NCBI RefSeq assembly: GCF_018977255.1 | Contig: NW_024704743.1 | Coordinates: 89,716,001-89,780,000 of the forward strand | Direction of reading: 5' to 3' | DNA: 64,000 nt | DNA from: Callorhinchus milii | Lineage: Eukaryota | In this document: positions 50,576 through 64,000 of the stretch, one piece after another | Numbering within the stretch: the stretch's first letter is position 1 | Layout: the number at the start of each line of letters is the position of its first letter | Translations under genes and position numbers: made by a program | The notes under the pieces: generated by a model | What the model saw: the letters and a program-made list of their open reading frames with translations, nothing else | What the model was told of the DNA's origin: nothing | Database searches by the model: none

Positions 50576-52334
50576 TTCTCTTCTCAAATAATGATATGGG
50601 CTCATTAACATCCATCCAAAGAATCACACGGCATCTTGATTAAATGATAGCACCAACAATATAGTCCATTTCCAGGATTGCATTGGATAGGGCTTGAACA
50701 CACAACCTTTTTATTCAGATGTGAGAATGCTTCCAACTGAGCCAGGCTGACACCAGATAGTTAGTCTGACACTTGATGTCAAACTGCTCTCAAATACCTT
50801 GCCTTGTCTGGATTGTGTGAGAAAGAAACACAGCTACAGACAGGATAATTAGCACAAATAATAGTGCTGCCATTTCAGGTTTTCTTCACTGCCTTGAACA
50901 ATCACTGAATACTGTCCTTTTCTGTTTTTGCAAGATTTGCATTAAATGCATGGACTGAGCTTGGTGTTGTGTGCATTGAAAATAGCACCTGGAATTAAAC
51001 CATCATGAAGTCAGCTCCCTTTCAACATGAGAATATGATCTTGGTAATACCTGTATACTATTAACACCAATGTAAAGTACAGTCTGGTGAAAATAATGAT
51101 AGAATTATGTTTTGCATAATAATAATCCACTCCTTTGACACAAACCTATGTAACACTTATAGCTTATCAAAGAGCCTCACAGGGAACAGCGAATTTGTGC
51201 ACAAAAATGTGCTACAAACAACCATGAAGTGAGTGACACTGTGGGCCAGGAATACGATCGCTGATATCCAACTCAACAGGTTTAACATCTCATCCGATGT
51301 TGACATCTCCAGTAATGTCGTGCTGCCCCACTACTGACTGAGTGTTAGTCATTGTGAAGAGGCGTGTGCTACCAATTGAACCAGGCTGACCCCTACTCAT
51401 AAATATACTCATCCATTTGGAAACAGAGATACATTTTGACACTATATGTTTTTGCCTTTCCAATCTTCACTGTCACAATAAATTAGTTATTGTTATAATA
51501 TTGTCACAAAATGAAATAGTTTTCAGTGCATTTGATTATCTTCTTTTCCTTTAATAAATAGAGGATATGTTATAGCCAGGTTACATAATATGAAAAATAT
51601 TATGAATAGCTCCAAAAATATACTCCACTCCACTTCACTGCCTGCCCTTTGCTCAATTAATACAGGCTCCCAATCCCTCCACACCGTCATTGGTAGATGT
51701 TTCAATCACTATGCTCCAATCTTCTGGAACTCCCTGTCTCAATCCTTCCACCTCGCTCCTTCTTTATCTATCTTTGAATCCCTTCTTTGACTATGCCTGT
51801 GATGACCTCCTCCCATTCTCCCTTGCTCGGTGTTTAACTCTGCCATTGTGCAGCGTTCCAAGACACTATCGTGTGTGAAGGGCACTATGTAAATGCAAGT
51901 TGTTGCAGTTGTTCTTATTTTATCATAGTGCTGATCATAATTTAACCTTGTTTTAAGTTCAAGAAAATAATCATTTGTGACTCTTTATCACAGTGGTATA
52001 AGTACAGCAGGGAATATAAATATGATTTCATCTCAGAACACATTGAGCTAGTTTTATCTCAGAACACATTGAGCTCTCACTAGCAATTTAAAGTGAATTT
52101 GTGTAATTTATCCACTATCTCCCTCAATAATCATCCGATAATAGCTTGCAGTTACATCACAAAGATTTCATAACATGTTCAAAGGTATCTCAGAAATGGT
52201 GAGATTATACGATGGTGTTTTTTATTCCATTATCTTTAGCAGCAAGTTGATCCACAAAGCACTTACGAATACTGCGTACAGAAAGTGAAACAAGGGAAAA
52301 GCACTCTGTTGTAACTTAAGTTCATACAGTTCCA

Positions 52335-53010
52335 ATGAATGATAACTCAAAAGCAGTCATTAAGGCAAATGACTCACTGGTCTTTATAACAATATGTCTA
52401 GAATATAAACATACGGAGGTGCTGCTCCAGTTATATAGAGCACTGCTCAGACTTCATTTGGAATACTGTGTTCAATATTGGGAACCCAATTATAGGAAGG
52501 ATATACTAGTTTTGGAAGGCATCCAGCAACAGTCCACTGGATTAATACCTGGTTTGCAGGTACTCAACAATGATGAGAAATTAGGTAGACTGCGGTTGTG
52601 TTCCTTAGAGCAGAGGAGGTTCAGGGCTGATTTGTTTGAGGTATTTAAAACAATGAAAGGGATTGACAATTTGTATAACGGAAACACTTTGCTTTGGTGG
52701 AGGGATCCTTTATAAAGGGGGCATGACCTTAATATCAGAACTAAGATAGTTAGAACTGAGGTTAGAAAGCATTTCTTCACAAAGCGTATTGTGAAGATCT
52801 CTTCTGCTCTTCCCTGGAAAGCTGTAGAGGCAGAATCAATAAGAATGTTTAAAAGACAGACAGAAAGACAGACAGACAGACACTTGGGTAGTAGAGATAT
52901 TAAGGGGTATGGCAAAAGGGCAGGACAATTAGATTAAAAGATCTGCCATGATCTAATGAACTGGTGCAACAAACTTGATGCACTGAACTGCCTCCTCCTG
53001 TCCTGTTTTC
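52335..53010 (+). mobile_element. CR1 LINE 3' fragment
   Basis: EVLLQLYRALLRLHLEYCVQYW...LEQRRFRADLFEVFK. Confidence 0.88.
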
Positions 53011-53195
53011 AAATGTTCCTAACTATAATCCAGCATTACGATTTAAAAAAAGCACAAATTAACTCCATGTGAAAACCTACAGTTTTACAAAATATACAAA
53101 ATAAAATATCAAATCTTGAGAACCAATTTTACTGATATTAATTAAAATATTCTTAGTTACCAAGTAATGGAATCCATGCAAGTAGAATTAAACAG

Positions 53196-53512
53196 GATAA
53201 TAATAATCCTTGCATTTGATATAGCGCTTTTCACGTCAGGAGGACGTCCCAAAGCGCTTCACAGAACACACTGAAAAGTGAATTGACTATATTTGTGGGT
53301 GAACGCGGCAGCCAATTGCGCACAGCAATGTCCCATAAACAGTCGTAGATTGAAAATGACCAATTTATTATTGTTTTCGGTTTTGGAGAGATTATTATTA
53401 GGCGTGTGGAGTAAGGAAACTTGCCCAAGGTTTCGCCCTGACCTGCCTGGAAATGAACTCAGGTCTCTCACTTGCAAAGCGAGTGCTCTAACCACTGAGC
53501 TACAGAACTCCA
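53196..53512 (-). mobile_element. tRNA-Ala SINE (young subfamily)
   Basis: Near-identical to 13985-14341. Confidence 0.92.
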
Positions 53513-53574
53513 CAAGGATGTGTAAGGAGGAGGTGGATATTTGGAAAGCAAGGGTTGTGAGGTGTCATATTCAC

Positions 53575-53870
53575 ACTGGAGAAGAGAAGGTTGAGGGTCA
53601 ATATGATTATGGTCTTTAAGATTCTGAAGAGAATAGATAATGCAGACCATGATAAGCTGTTTTATCTTGTATTGAATAGTAGAACTAGAGGACAAGGCCT
53701 AAGACTGAAGAGGGGTAAATTCAGAACAAATCTGCGGAAACACTACTTCAGTGAAAGAGTAATAAACTTATGAAACAGGGAAACAGTGGAAGCAGAAAAT
53801 GTTATTTGTTTCAAGAACAAATTAGATAGATTTCTGCTAGACAATAATATCCTTGGGATACAGTGTATAG
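53575..53870 (+). mobile_element. CR1 LINE 3' fragment (related copy at 58850-59160)
   Basis: VFKILK...SRTRGQGLRLKRGKFRTNLRKHYFSERVINL. Confidence 0.82.
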
Positions 53871-54879
53871 TTTGGGACACGACATGTCAAGCGACTGCCA
53901 GGATGGTGGAAGGCTAAGTATATGGACTTCAATCTTCTTTCGCCGAGCAAATTCTTATGTTCTTATGTTTTTATGAGGTGTATTGAAAAAAGGAGATTAA
54001 AAACCTGCTATGATCAGATAAACTAACTAAAGAAGCTTGATATGATGAATGAACTTCTCTTATGTAAAAGAGAGCATAAAAAGAAATGCTGCAAAGAATT
54101 AGTCAAGACCTATTCATGATAATTATAATTCTTATATTTGATATAGCGCCTCACACGTCTTCGAGAAATATCAAAGCAATTCACAGAATATAATCACATG
54201 TAGTAAAGGTATATGGATGCGCACCTTCAATTAAACAGTACCACAATACTTCAAAGTCAAACTGAGCTCCCCGCTGTGTTAGATGCAGCAATGTCATGGT
54301 TATGATTTATTGTGCATTTATTGTGCAGCCACTGAACAAAATGAGGGCCTGTTACAGAAATAACAATTCAGGAACTGAAGAGGTTAGAAAAGCCTGCCTA
54401 TAAAATAGACAATTTCTTGACTGCCACCTCTCAACTTTGAGATGCCAGCAGATACACAAGAAGTGTTCCTGAACCTTGAGTAAGTTTCCAGCACATCTCA
54501 AGTGTCTTGGATGTGGCCCAACTATGGCACAACTGAATGGCTTCCTTGTGGATGGCTTTTGGAAGCCCCAGGTTCTGAGGACACTTTCTCTCTCTCTGCC
54601 ATCTGCCACCAACAGATACAAAGTCCCTCTCCAAAGTTTCAGTCTGCATCACTGAGCCCTTCAACTAATCTTTCACCTAGAGTGACCGCTTTTTATCTTA
54701 GTTGGATCCCAGTATGTAATAAATGGATATTAGGGAATATGTCCAGAGCTGCTGCCTGCAGACTCACCAGCTCACTCGGCCTACTTTGAGGCCCAGTTTT
54801 CTTGGCCCTGTCTACTCAGGCTGCAACTCTCACTGACACTCAATCCTGTATAGGCTTTGCCAGGGGACCTGGTTCCCGC

Positions 54880-56517
54880 CCCCACGCATCCCTCCCAATA
54901 CACCTTTGACCCTGTCTCCCCCTCTTCCCTCACCTCCATCATCTCAAAAATGAATCCCCCCACCTGCTTCCTCGACCCCATCCCCATTCCTCTCCTCACC
55001 TCCCAGCTCTACCACCTGGCCCCTCTTTTAATCAACATCGTCAACCTCTCTTTATCCACTGGCACTGTTCCCACCCCCCTAAAAACAGCTGTCATCACCC
55101 CATCCTCAAAAATCCTTCCCTGGACCCATCCCTACTCTCCAGCTATCGCCCCACATTCCTCTCCAAGGCTCTGGAACAATTTGTCGTGTCTCAGGTTCTC
55201 TCTTTCCTCTCCCGACATTCATTCTATGAACCCCTCCAATTGAGTTTCCATGCTGCCCACGAAAACAGCCCTGGTCAGAGTTACTAATGGCATTCTGAAC
55301 ATCTGCGACCAGGGATCTCTCTGTCCTCCTTGACCTCTCTGCTGCCTTTGACACTATCAACCATTCTATCTTCCTACACCGCCTCTCCTCTTAGCTCAAT
55401 CTTCTCGGACCTGCCCTTGCCTGGTTCGAATCCTACCTATCCTACTGTCTCCACTTTGTCATCACTAATGGCTTCTCCTCCAGCCCCTGCACCCTCATGT
55501 GTGGCATCGCTCAGAGATCTGTCCTTGGCCCTCTCCTTTTCAATACCTATGTGGTTCCCCTTCGTGATATCATCCCCTGACATGGGGCCAATTTCCACAT
55601 GTATGCAGATGATACCCAACTCTACCTCTCTTCCTCCATCCTGGATTCCAGCCCCAATGTTGTTCTCACAGACTGCCTATCAGACATCAGGTCCTGGATG
55701 AGAGCTAACTTCCTGCAGTTGAATGTCAACAAAACTGAGGCCCTGCCGCTTGGCTCCCATCAGTGCCTCCACACCTCGGAGCATCTCCATCTATGGATGC
55801 ACTCTACATCCCACGGAGCCATTATGGAACCTTGGCATCCTGTTCAACCCTCAACTGTCCTTCATACACCATGTCCATGTCATGATCCACTCTGCCTTTC
55901 CACACCACTGCAACATTGCTCAGCTTCGCCACTGACTCACACCGCAGGCCACTGAGACCCTCATACACACATTCATAACATCCAGGCTTCAGTATGCAAA
56001 TTCCCTGCTTATCAGCCTCCCAAACTCCTCCCTCCATAGACTGCAGATCATCCAGAACTATGTATCCCGTGTCGTCTCCCGCACCAGGCTCCGTGACCCT
56101 ATTACCCCCCTCCTCGCCCGACTCCACTGGCTTCCCATCACACAGAGGATACAGTTCAAGATCCTGGTTCTCACTTTCAAAGCCCTCCATGGCCTTGCTC
56201 CCCCCTACATCTGCAACCTCCTACCTCCCCTACCACCCTGCCTGCTTCCTCCGCTCATCAGGCTCCGATCTGCTTCAGATCCCACATCTTGCTCGGCCCG
56301 CCATGCTCGGTTTTCAGCCACTCTGTCCCACCCTCTGAAGCTCCATCCTGTAGTCCCTCTTCAACCATGCCTTTGGTCACCCTACTTCCCACCCTGTCCA
56401 CCACCCTCCCCGATCCCGAACCCCAGCTCGGATCTGAAACACTGATTATCCAGCGCCTTGGAACATCCTCCTGACGTGAAAGGCCACTATACAAAGGTAA
56501 TTTTATTGCTGTTGTTG
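54880..56517 (+). mobile_element. L2 LINE, about 1.6 kb, frameshifted RT
   Basis: [40 protein letters not shown] and 3' stem-loop tail. Confidence 0.92.
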
Positions 56518-56979
56518 GAAATTGAATTTCAAATCTTACCCTGATATCCAAAGACATCAGTTTGTGAAGAAATCTCTTATGAAGTACTTTCTCAACTGTC
56601 TTTTGGAAGTATATGTACATTATATTATGGCTTCACACAGACAATTTGGATTGTCACCACCTCACAAAACCTGGATCAGACAATATATACGCCTTCTGAA
56701 ACCGTGCTGGTTGTCATTTATTAGGTTATTTTTACACAAGTATCATCTATTCTCTCCTGATGAATGAATGCATCGGTTTCTGGAAATATCATCCCTCTTT
56801 GGTTATATAGCTATATGATAGGTGTTGGACTAGCTCAGTTGGTAGCACTCTCACCTCTGAGTCAGAAGGTTGTGGAATCAAGGCCCATTTGGTTGGAACT
56901 CTGATACAGTTTTGGAGGTATGTTGCATTGTCAGAGATGCCATCCTTCAGATTAGGATGGCATTAGATAAAGATACCAT

Positions 56980-57131
56980 CCTTCTCTGGCCACACTAAAC
57001 CCCTCTCTGGCCACACTAAACCCCTCTCTGGCCACACAAAACCCCTCTCCGGCTACAGTAAACTCCTCTCTGGCCACACAAAACCCCTCTCTAGCTACAA
57101 TAAACTCCTCTCTGGCCACGCTAAACTCCTC
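56980..57131. repeat. 21-bp minisatellite (CTCTCTGGCCACACTAAACCC), about 7 copies
   Basis: Seen directly; gives a 7-aa periodic ORF on the minus strand. Confidence 0.9.
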
Positions 57132-58134
57132 AATGCATGGATAGCAGTTATATGGTAGGGAATCAGGTCTATGAAGCATATTGTTGGAGGGGTCTGGAAC
57201 AGATTTATTCTTTCTTTGTCAGACACTTGTGGAACATGAGCCATCTTGGGTCCAGGAAGCCTTCTGTCTGTTTGATGCTGGCAGGAGCACAACAATATGT
57301 TTCCAGGCACTGGTGTCAATTTAGTTGGATTATTTCCATCCTCAGTGCATCTGCTTCACTGTTTGTCTGCAGAAACGGAAAAAGATGAGAAAAGCCTCAA
57401 ATAACCAGAAATTTTGCTTTAAACCAAGCAGTGTCATTTTAAACTAATAGATACAAAATAAAAAAAACTGGTGGGTATGAAATATAAAACTGTGCATTGT
57501 GGTAACATCTAGTGATGAGTATATAGTATACATTATAAAAACCAAAATTCTAAACCCAACCCTACTCTATTAACAAAATATTGCAAAACTAATAGAATTT
57601 TTAAAAAAATAAGTGTATTGTCAAGACAAATATCAAATTGTGTATGTTTTTTTCCGGTGTATAACATCCACCAGTTGTTTCTGGAAGCATACAGGTATAA
57701 TTAGAGATAGTAAAAGAGAACAACTCAAGGCACAGCTCAGCTTTTATCAGCTCAATAGCTTTCTGAAGGTCCAGGGTGGTGGATTGAACACACATTCTGA
57801 TGTGAGCTCTGCCCACATGTCCCTTGGCATTCATGAACAGGAAAGATTTTACGGGTTGAATGTTCAAGCAGTGAGGGCTCATTTTACATGTCAACTACAG
57901 TGGGTTCTCAGGCTCCACACATAATTTGCATACTCTGAAGTTCTCTCAGATCCCTCACATGTTCTGTGAACCCTCCAGATTGTACGGATGACTTCTTGGG
58001 GATATCGGCTATGACATGGCTCCTTATCACTGTGCTAAAAATAAACATTGAAGACATTTTTGAGTTTTTCAAACAGCTCTTTCACTGTTTGGACAGTACA
58101 TTACCATATCACTAAAGAGCTAAAGTTTGTTACT

Positions 58135-58492
58135 TACCTGCCTGTACCCCCCGTTCCTCTGGCTCCGGTCTGCTCCACATCACCCGCCCCAACCGCCCTA
58201 CCATCGGTGGCCGGGCCTTCAGCCTCTCAGCCCCTAGGCTCTGGAACTCCATCCCCCAGTGCCTTCGCCGCCTCCTCCCTTTCCTCCTTCAAGGCCGATC
58301 TCAAGACCTTTCTCTTCGACCGTGCCTTCAGCTCCCCTCTCGACTCTCTACCCCCTCCTCGCTCCCTCCCTTCCCTCCCCTCACCCTGACCATTTCCCCC
58401 CTGCTCGGGTCCCGACCCAACTGTCCAGCGCCTTGGGACGTCCTCCTGACGTGAAAGGCGCTCCATAAATGAAATCTTGTTGTTGTTGTTGC
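58135..58492 (+). mobile_element. L2 LINE 3' end (young family)
   Basis: Nearly identical to the reverse complement of 1141-1510. Confidence 0.93.
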
Positions 58493-58849
58493 TGTTCTCA
58501 TCTGCTACATGTTGCACAATATTTAGCCAAGAGGAGAAATTCCCAGAATTGTGGCAGACCATTGCCCTCTTGTCACTCAGGCAGAAGTTGAGGAAAATAC
58601 AGATCCTGATGAAGAGGATGATAAGACACTCTACAGACAAGACTCCAACATCAACAATATGGTTGGCAGTTGAGGGCAACGCCTACACCATCCTGTCATT
58701 GCAAGGGGGAATTAGAAATCAAGCATTATTTTGTGCGCCCATTTACCCGATATTCCTTTCTGTTTCATTATGCAAAATAAATGGATCTAACTTGTGTAAA
58801 GAAACAATTATTTATATAATGAAAATAAGGTGGCCATTGTTGGACTAAG

Positions 58850-59160
58850 TAAACTGGGGATGTTCACTCTGGAAAAAAGAAGGTTGAGAAGTGATCTGAT
58901 TGCTGTTTTTAAGATTCTAAAGGGACTAGAGCTTGATAAGCTGTTTTATTTTGTCCAGAACAAGAGAACCAGAAGACATGACCTGCAATTAAAGAGGGAT
59001 AAATTCAAAAACAATCTGCAAAAACACTATTTCAATGAGAAAGTGGTAAATCTATGAAACAGGCTCCCTTGAGAGATGATGGAAGCAGGTGGTGTCAATT
59101 CATTCAAATGCAAATTAGATAGATTTTGTTTAGAAAATAATATTTTGGGATACAGTATAT
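58850..59160 (+). mobile_element. CR1 LINE 3' fragment
   Basis: LGMFTLEKRRLRSDLIAVFKILKG...HYFNEKVVNL. Confidence 0.85.
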
Positions 59161-60123
59161 GAATACTTTAAGAATGCTTGACAAGTGAGGTATGCTTGGA
59201 GGAACTAGTCAACTTTGGATCTAAGGTTCCCAAAGCTTTCCACTATGATGGTAGACCAATCCATACAGAATCAACAACAACAAATTACACTTGTATAGTG
59301 CCCTTCACTTCAGAAAGATGTCCCAGGGCTCTGGAGTCAATTGCTATCGACATTCCCATCACTGTAGAATGCGACTACCAGGATGGTAGAAGGCAGACTA
59401 GATGACCTTGGTCTCTCTTCATCTAGTAATTCCTATGTTTTTTTGTGGATCCCAATGTATGAACTGGAAACGTTTAATAAATGGCCAACTCAAGGAGGCT
59501 GTAATTTCCTTGCATCTGTTGACATTCAATAGATTAACGCAAGCAACTTGCTTTTTTGCTGCACCTTGTCTTATGGTATAAAACACAATGCGGCTATGCC
59601 TTGGTAGCAATGTGAGTTATTTATTTGGAAGGCAGCAGATCAATCATTACTTTAACCCTATTAGTTGTAATAGAAGGCAGATTGCCTTTTGATAAGCCCA
59701 ACGCTCCACTTGTTCAGTCAAGCAGTGTCAAAGCAGCCAATAATTCTCCAGAAAATTATTATTTTTCCATAATAAACAAGTACTGACATCTCAGGTGTGT
59801 TCATTGCATTGCACATTCATCAATGCCAAGAGATAATTTATTGAGAGATTACTACAAACTTGTCAGTAACTGTTCAGGCAGCTTTTTTTTTAAACCATTC
59901 TTCAACATTTTTCTGGCTTGCTACCAAATGGAGCATCTTTCACTATCTGAATTAAAATGTCCTTCAATTTATGAACTTGGCAATTTGTTTTTAGCAAATT
60001 GACAGCAACTTCTTTCATGATCTGAAGATTTGGTTTCCTTAGTTATTACCTCAGGAAGGTAATGTCTGAAATGGATGGAAGACAAGAGATACAGGAGAAT
60101 AGGAGATAGATAAAGATCAACAA

Positions 60124-60428
60124 AATAATAATAATAATAATAATAATCCTTGCATTTGATATAGCGCTTTTCACGTCGGAAGGACGTCCCAAAGCGCTTC
60201 ACAGAACACACTGTAAAGTGAATTGACTGTATATTTGTGGGCGAACGCGGCAGCTAATTGCGCACAGCAATGTCCCACAAACAGTCGTAGATTGAAAATG
60301 ACCAATTTATTATTGTTTTTTGTTTTGGAGGATTATTATTAGGCTCTGTGTGGAGTAAGGAAACTTGCCCAAGGTTTCGCCCTGCCGGAAATTGAACTCA
60401 GGTCTCTCACTTGCAAAGCGAGTGCTCT
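60124..60428 (-). mobile_element. tRNA-Ala SINE (young, slightly 5'-truncated)
   Basis: Near-identical to 13985-14341 but lacks the A-box end. Confidence 0.92.
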
Positions 60429-62371
60429 TCAAGGAGATGAAAAGCAAAGGGAAGAGATACTGGAGATTATAACTATTTATATATAGGAACGTAGGAACAG
60501 GAGAAGGCCATTCAGCCCTTGAGCCTGTTCTGCCATTCTATTAGATCATGGCTGACATGTACCTCAACTCCAAATAGTTCTGCTCCCTTCTAAAATACAG
60601 TCTGCAATTGTTCCTAAAATACAATGGTTGAATTATCCTATACACAACTTTTGACATAATGTGGATGGTAATTGTGAGATAGCTCCACATACATTACATT
60701 TAAGTGATTTTAGGTGCTGCCAGGGGTCTAACACATGACTATAATTAAGAATATTCGAACCAAACCATTGAGAGTTCCACATATTTATTGGAAATTTCTG
60801 TTTGTCTGTTATAGAGTAGGCACTCTCTCCTTGGAAGCACAGACTGTGCTTACCTAATCTCGAGCATTTTGGCACAGGTTGGCAAGCCCAAGGCTTGGGG
60901 ATCCCAGAGTATGCTTTGGTCTAGTACTGGAGTTCAACCAGCTAAAATCATATAGATTGCCACTGGAAACATGAACTGACAAGCCTCCTGCTGCTTGTCT
61001 AGCTAAGACCACTCTACCATTGTGAAATAGTATTTAACAAAACTGCAAAACGTATTAGCTTCAAGCCTTTATAAATAATTTGGGAACACTTGGAGTCCTT
61101 GACTTTGCAAAGCCTAAAGAATATAAATAAACTGAATCCTAATAATATATAATATATACATAAACGAAAGGTTCTAGAGCAAATGCACTCAAACTGATAG
61201 TAAAATACCAGCCTGACACATTTTACCTCATATAGCAGGAAAATAAATCCCATTAAAAAGGAACTAAATTATAGAACCTTACATTTGCACACCTCTCAAT
61301 TAAATTATTCACCAAATAGTGGTTTAATTCTGTCTTAAGTTTGCTCACACAGTGTATTCTCCACCGCTTCTCTGGGTAGCCTATTCCACACATTCATCAC
61401 TCTGTACAAAATAACTAAATGTGAACTGTCTGATCACCTACCTTCAGCTTTGAGCTTGAGTGCATGTCCACTGTTCTGGACCCTTTGGTTCTGGTATTTT
61501 TAAGGTTCAGTTTATATATATCCTTTAGGATTTTGAAAATTTTCTCCTATGAGCCTTCTTGTCTTTAATATGAGCATTCGTGGCTTCCATAAANTTTTTC
61601 TTTGGGAAGTGGGATTGTGCAAATGTGTTGAAGATGATCACATGAACAGATCATGGCAAAATTGGATAAAAATAAGGATAAACGTACAACATATTTCAAA
61701 AGAGTCAGGAAAACAGAACTCCATTACATGCTTCTCTCGGTCTTTATTGCTATGACTAAGACATCTCTATTTTCAATCAATGAGGTCTAACATGCACCAG
61801 TTGTTTTACCAATGCTTCACTGAGATTTCTTACAAATATGAGAAGTACTATATGATTATCATTGTTATTGAATACTATACGATAGACCCCAGGCTATCTC
61901 ACAGTATTTATTTATCCATTCATACTTCCACCTGTCTGTCTATCTCATCTTCAAACACCTTAATTGATTCTGCTTGTTTAACCTTCTAAGGCAGCATTCT
62001 GTATTCTCATAGAATATGTGTGAAGAAAGTCTGTGTTCACTTTAAACAGACTCTTATTCAGGTACTGCATTTTAAATCCTAAAGTGTATGAATGAAATGA
62101 ATTCTGTTACCGAGATTGAAAAAGCAATTGTTTGGAACAGGATTCACTAATAGTCTCTCAGAGTTGCTAAGGAGAATCTTGCTGGTAACTGATAGCCATC
62201 TCATGGGATCCCCATGATGTATAATGCTTTGAAACAGGGATCCCACAAGTCAACCATGATGAATTGCCAGTTTGTGTGTGTCAATCTGGCTCAGTTGGTT
62301 GCACTTTCATCTCTGAGTCAGAGATTGTGGGTTCAAGCCCCATGTCAGGACTTTGAACTCACATAGTCTAG

Positions 62372-64000
62372 CTCACTCCCCAGCTCCATTTTCTTGCCCC
62401 ACACATCACTGACATCATAAACCTGTCCCTCTCCTCTGGCTCTGTCCCCATTCCATTAAAAACTGCCATCATCACGCCCACCCTGAAAAAACCCTCCCTT
62501 GATGCGTCGCAGCTATCAAGCTACCGGCCCATCTCCAACCTCCCCTTTCTCTCCAAGGTCTTGGAAAGAGTTGTCGCCTCCCAACTGCGCTCTTTCCTCT
62601 CCACCCATTCTCTTTTTGAACCCCTTCAGTCAGGTTTCCGTGCTGCTCATAGCACAGAAACTGCCCTGGTCAAGGTCACCAATGATATCCTGACCATCTG
62701 TGACCAGGGCTCCCTCTGTCTCCTCGTCCTCCTCGACCTATCGGCAGCATTCGATACGGTCGACCACGCTATCCTACTCCACCGCTTGTCCTCCCACCTC
62801 AACCTTCAAGGCACTGTCCTTGAATGGTTTAGCTCTTACCTTTCCCACCGTCTTCACTTCGTCTCAACGAATGGCTTCTCCTCCACCCCCCGTACTGTCT
62901 CATGTGGTGTCCCTCAGGGCTCTGTCCTCGGTCCCCTCCTCTTCACCCTCTATATGCTCCCCCTTGGTGACATCATCCGCAAACATGGGGTTAACTTCCA
63001 CATGTATGCGGATGACACCCAACTCTACCTTTCCTCCTCTACTCTCAACTCCACGACCACCGATGTCCTGACAGCCTGCCTGTCCGACATCGAGTCCTGG
63101 ACGAGAGACAACTTTCTTCAGCTCAACGTGCGAAAAACCGAGGCCCTCCTGATTGGCTCACGTCAGCGCCTCCGCACCTCAGGCGCTGACACCATCAGCA
63201 TCCAAGGCTGCACTCTCCACCTCTCAAAGCCAGTCAGGAACCTCGGCGTTTTGTTCGACCCTGAGCTGTCCTTTCTCCCTCACATCCGCACCACAACTGG
63301 CACCGCCTTCCATCACCTCCGGAATATCGCCAGATTACGGCACTACCTCACCCCTCACGCCGCTGAAACCCTGGTTCACGCCTTTGTCACCTCAAGGCTG
63401 GACTATGGGAACTCTCTCCTCGCCGGCCTTCCCGCACCTCCCTCCACAAGCTGCAGGTCATTCAGAACTCTGCAGCTCGTGTACTGTCCCGCACCAGGCT
63501 TCGGGACCACATCACTCCCACCCTCGCTCGCCTCCACTGGCTCCCCATCCCCCAGAGGATTGATTTCAAGATCCTCATCCTCACCTACAAGGCCATTCAC
63601 GGCCTTGCTCCCTCCTACCTCTCCAACCTACTATCCCCCTACCTGCCCGTACCCTCCGTTCCTCTGGCTCCGGTCTGCTCCACGTCCCCCGCCCCAACCG
63701 CCCTACTATCGGTGGTCGGGCCTTCAGCCTCTCAGCCCCCAGGCTCTGGAACTCCATCCCCCAGTGCCTTCGCCTTGCTTCCTCCCTTTCCTCCTTCAAG
63801 GCCGGTCTCAAAACCTTTCTCTTTGACCGTGCCTTCAGCTCCCCTCTCGACTCTCTTCCTCCTCCTCGCTCCCTCCCTTCCCTCCCCTCACCCTGACCAT
63901 TTCCCCCTCCTCTCTCCCTCCCTTCCCTCCCCTCACCCTGACCATTTCCCCCCTGCTCGGGTCATGACCCAACTGTGCAGCGCCTTGGGACGTCCTCCTG
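62372..64000 (+). mobile_element. Young L2 LINE, 5'-truncated, with an open reverse-transcriptase domain
   Basis: Frame open from about 62372 to 63435: [55 protein letters not shown] (63005). Small indels near 63435 and 63640; no endonuclease domain; 3' tail cut by the window edge. Confidence 0.96.

Noticed and set aside
56952..57179. ORF with AREGFSV heptad repeats; CRISPR-like periodicity
   Set aside because: Translation of a 21-bp tandem repeat with no unique spacers; eukaryotic context and no cas genes.

Overview
Vertebrate genomic DNA, most likely from a cartilaginous fish; this is inferred from the repeat complement (Deu-type tRNA SINEs, L2 and CR1 LINEs, shark-type Penelope palindromes), not from a database match. 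Two host genes are recognisable, arranged head-to-head. The first is the 5' half of a copine-3-like gene on the minus strand: 8 coding exons from 9912 down past position 1, all with GT-AG boundaries and phase-0 introns, plus a probable non-coding first exon and CpG promoter near 13.8-13.9 kb. The second is a single-coding-exon METTL18 (histidine methyltransferase) at 20006-21159 on the plus strand, whose reading frame is broken by a 1-nt frameshift at about 20195-20197. From about 21.2 kb to 64 kb I found no recognisable host exon. That stretch is mostly transposable elements: a young L2 LINE family, a tRNA-Ala-derived SINE sharing that LINE's 3' stem-loop with compensatory base changes, CR1 fragments, two inverted non-autonomous Helitrons (one with a RepHel N-terminal remnant), Penelope-type palindromes with decayed hammerhead cores, and Tigger-like MITEs. 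I found no well-supported wholly new system. The best leads are the METTL18 frameshift/uORF, the SINE-LINE tail co-evolution, the Helitron pair carrying a LINE tail, and the G4 minisatellite/CRE/CTCF layout between the two genes.
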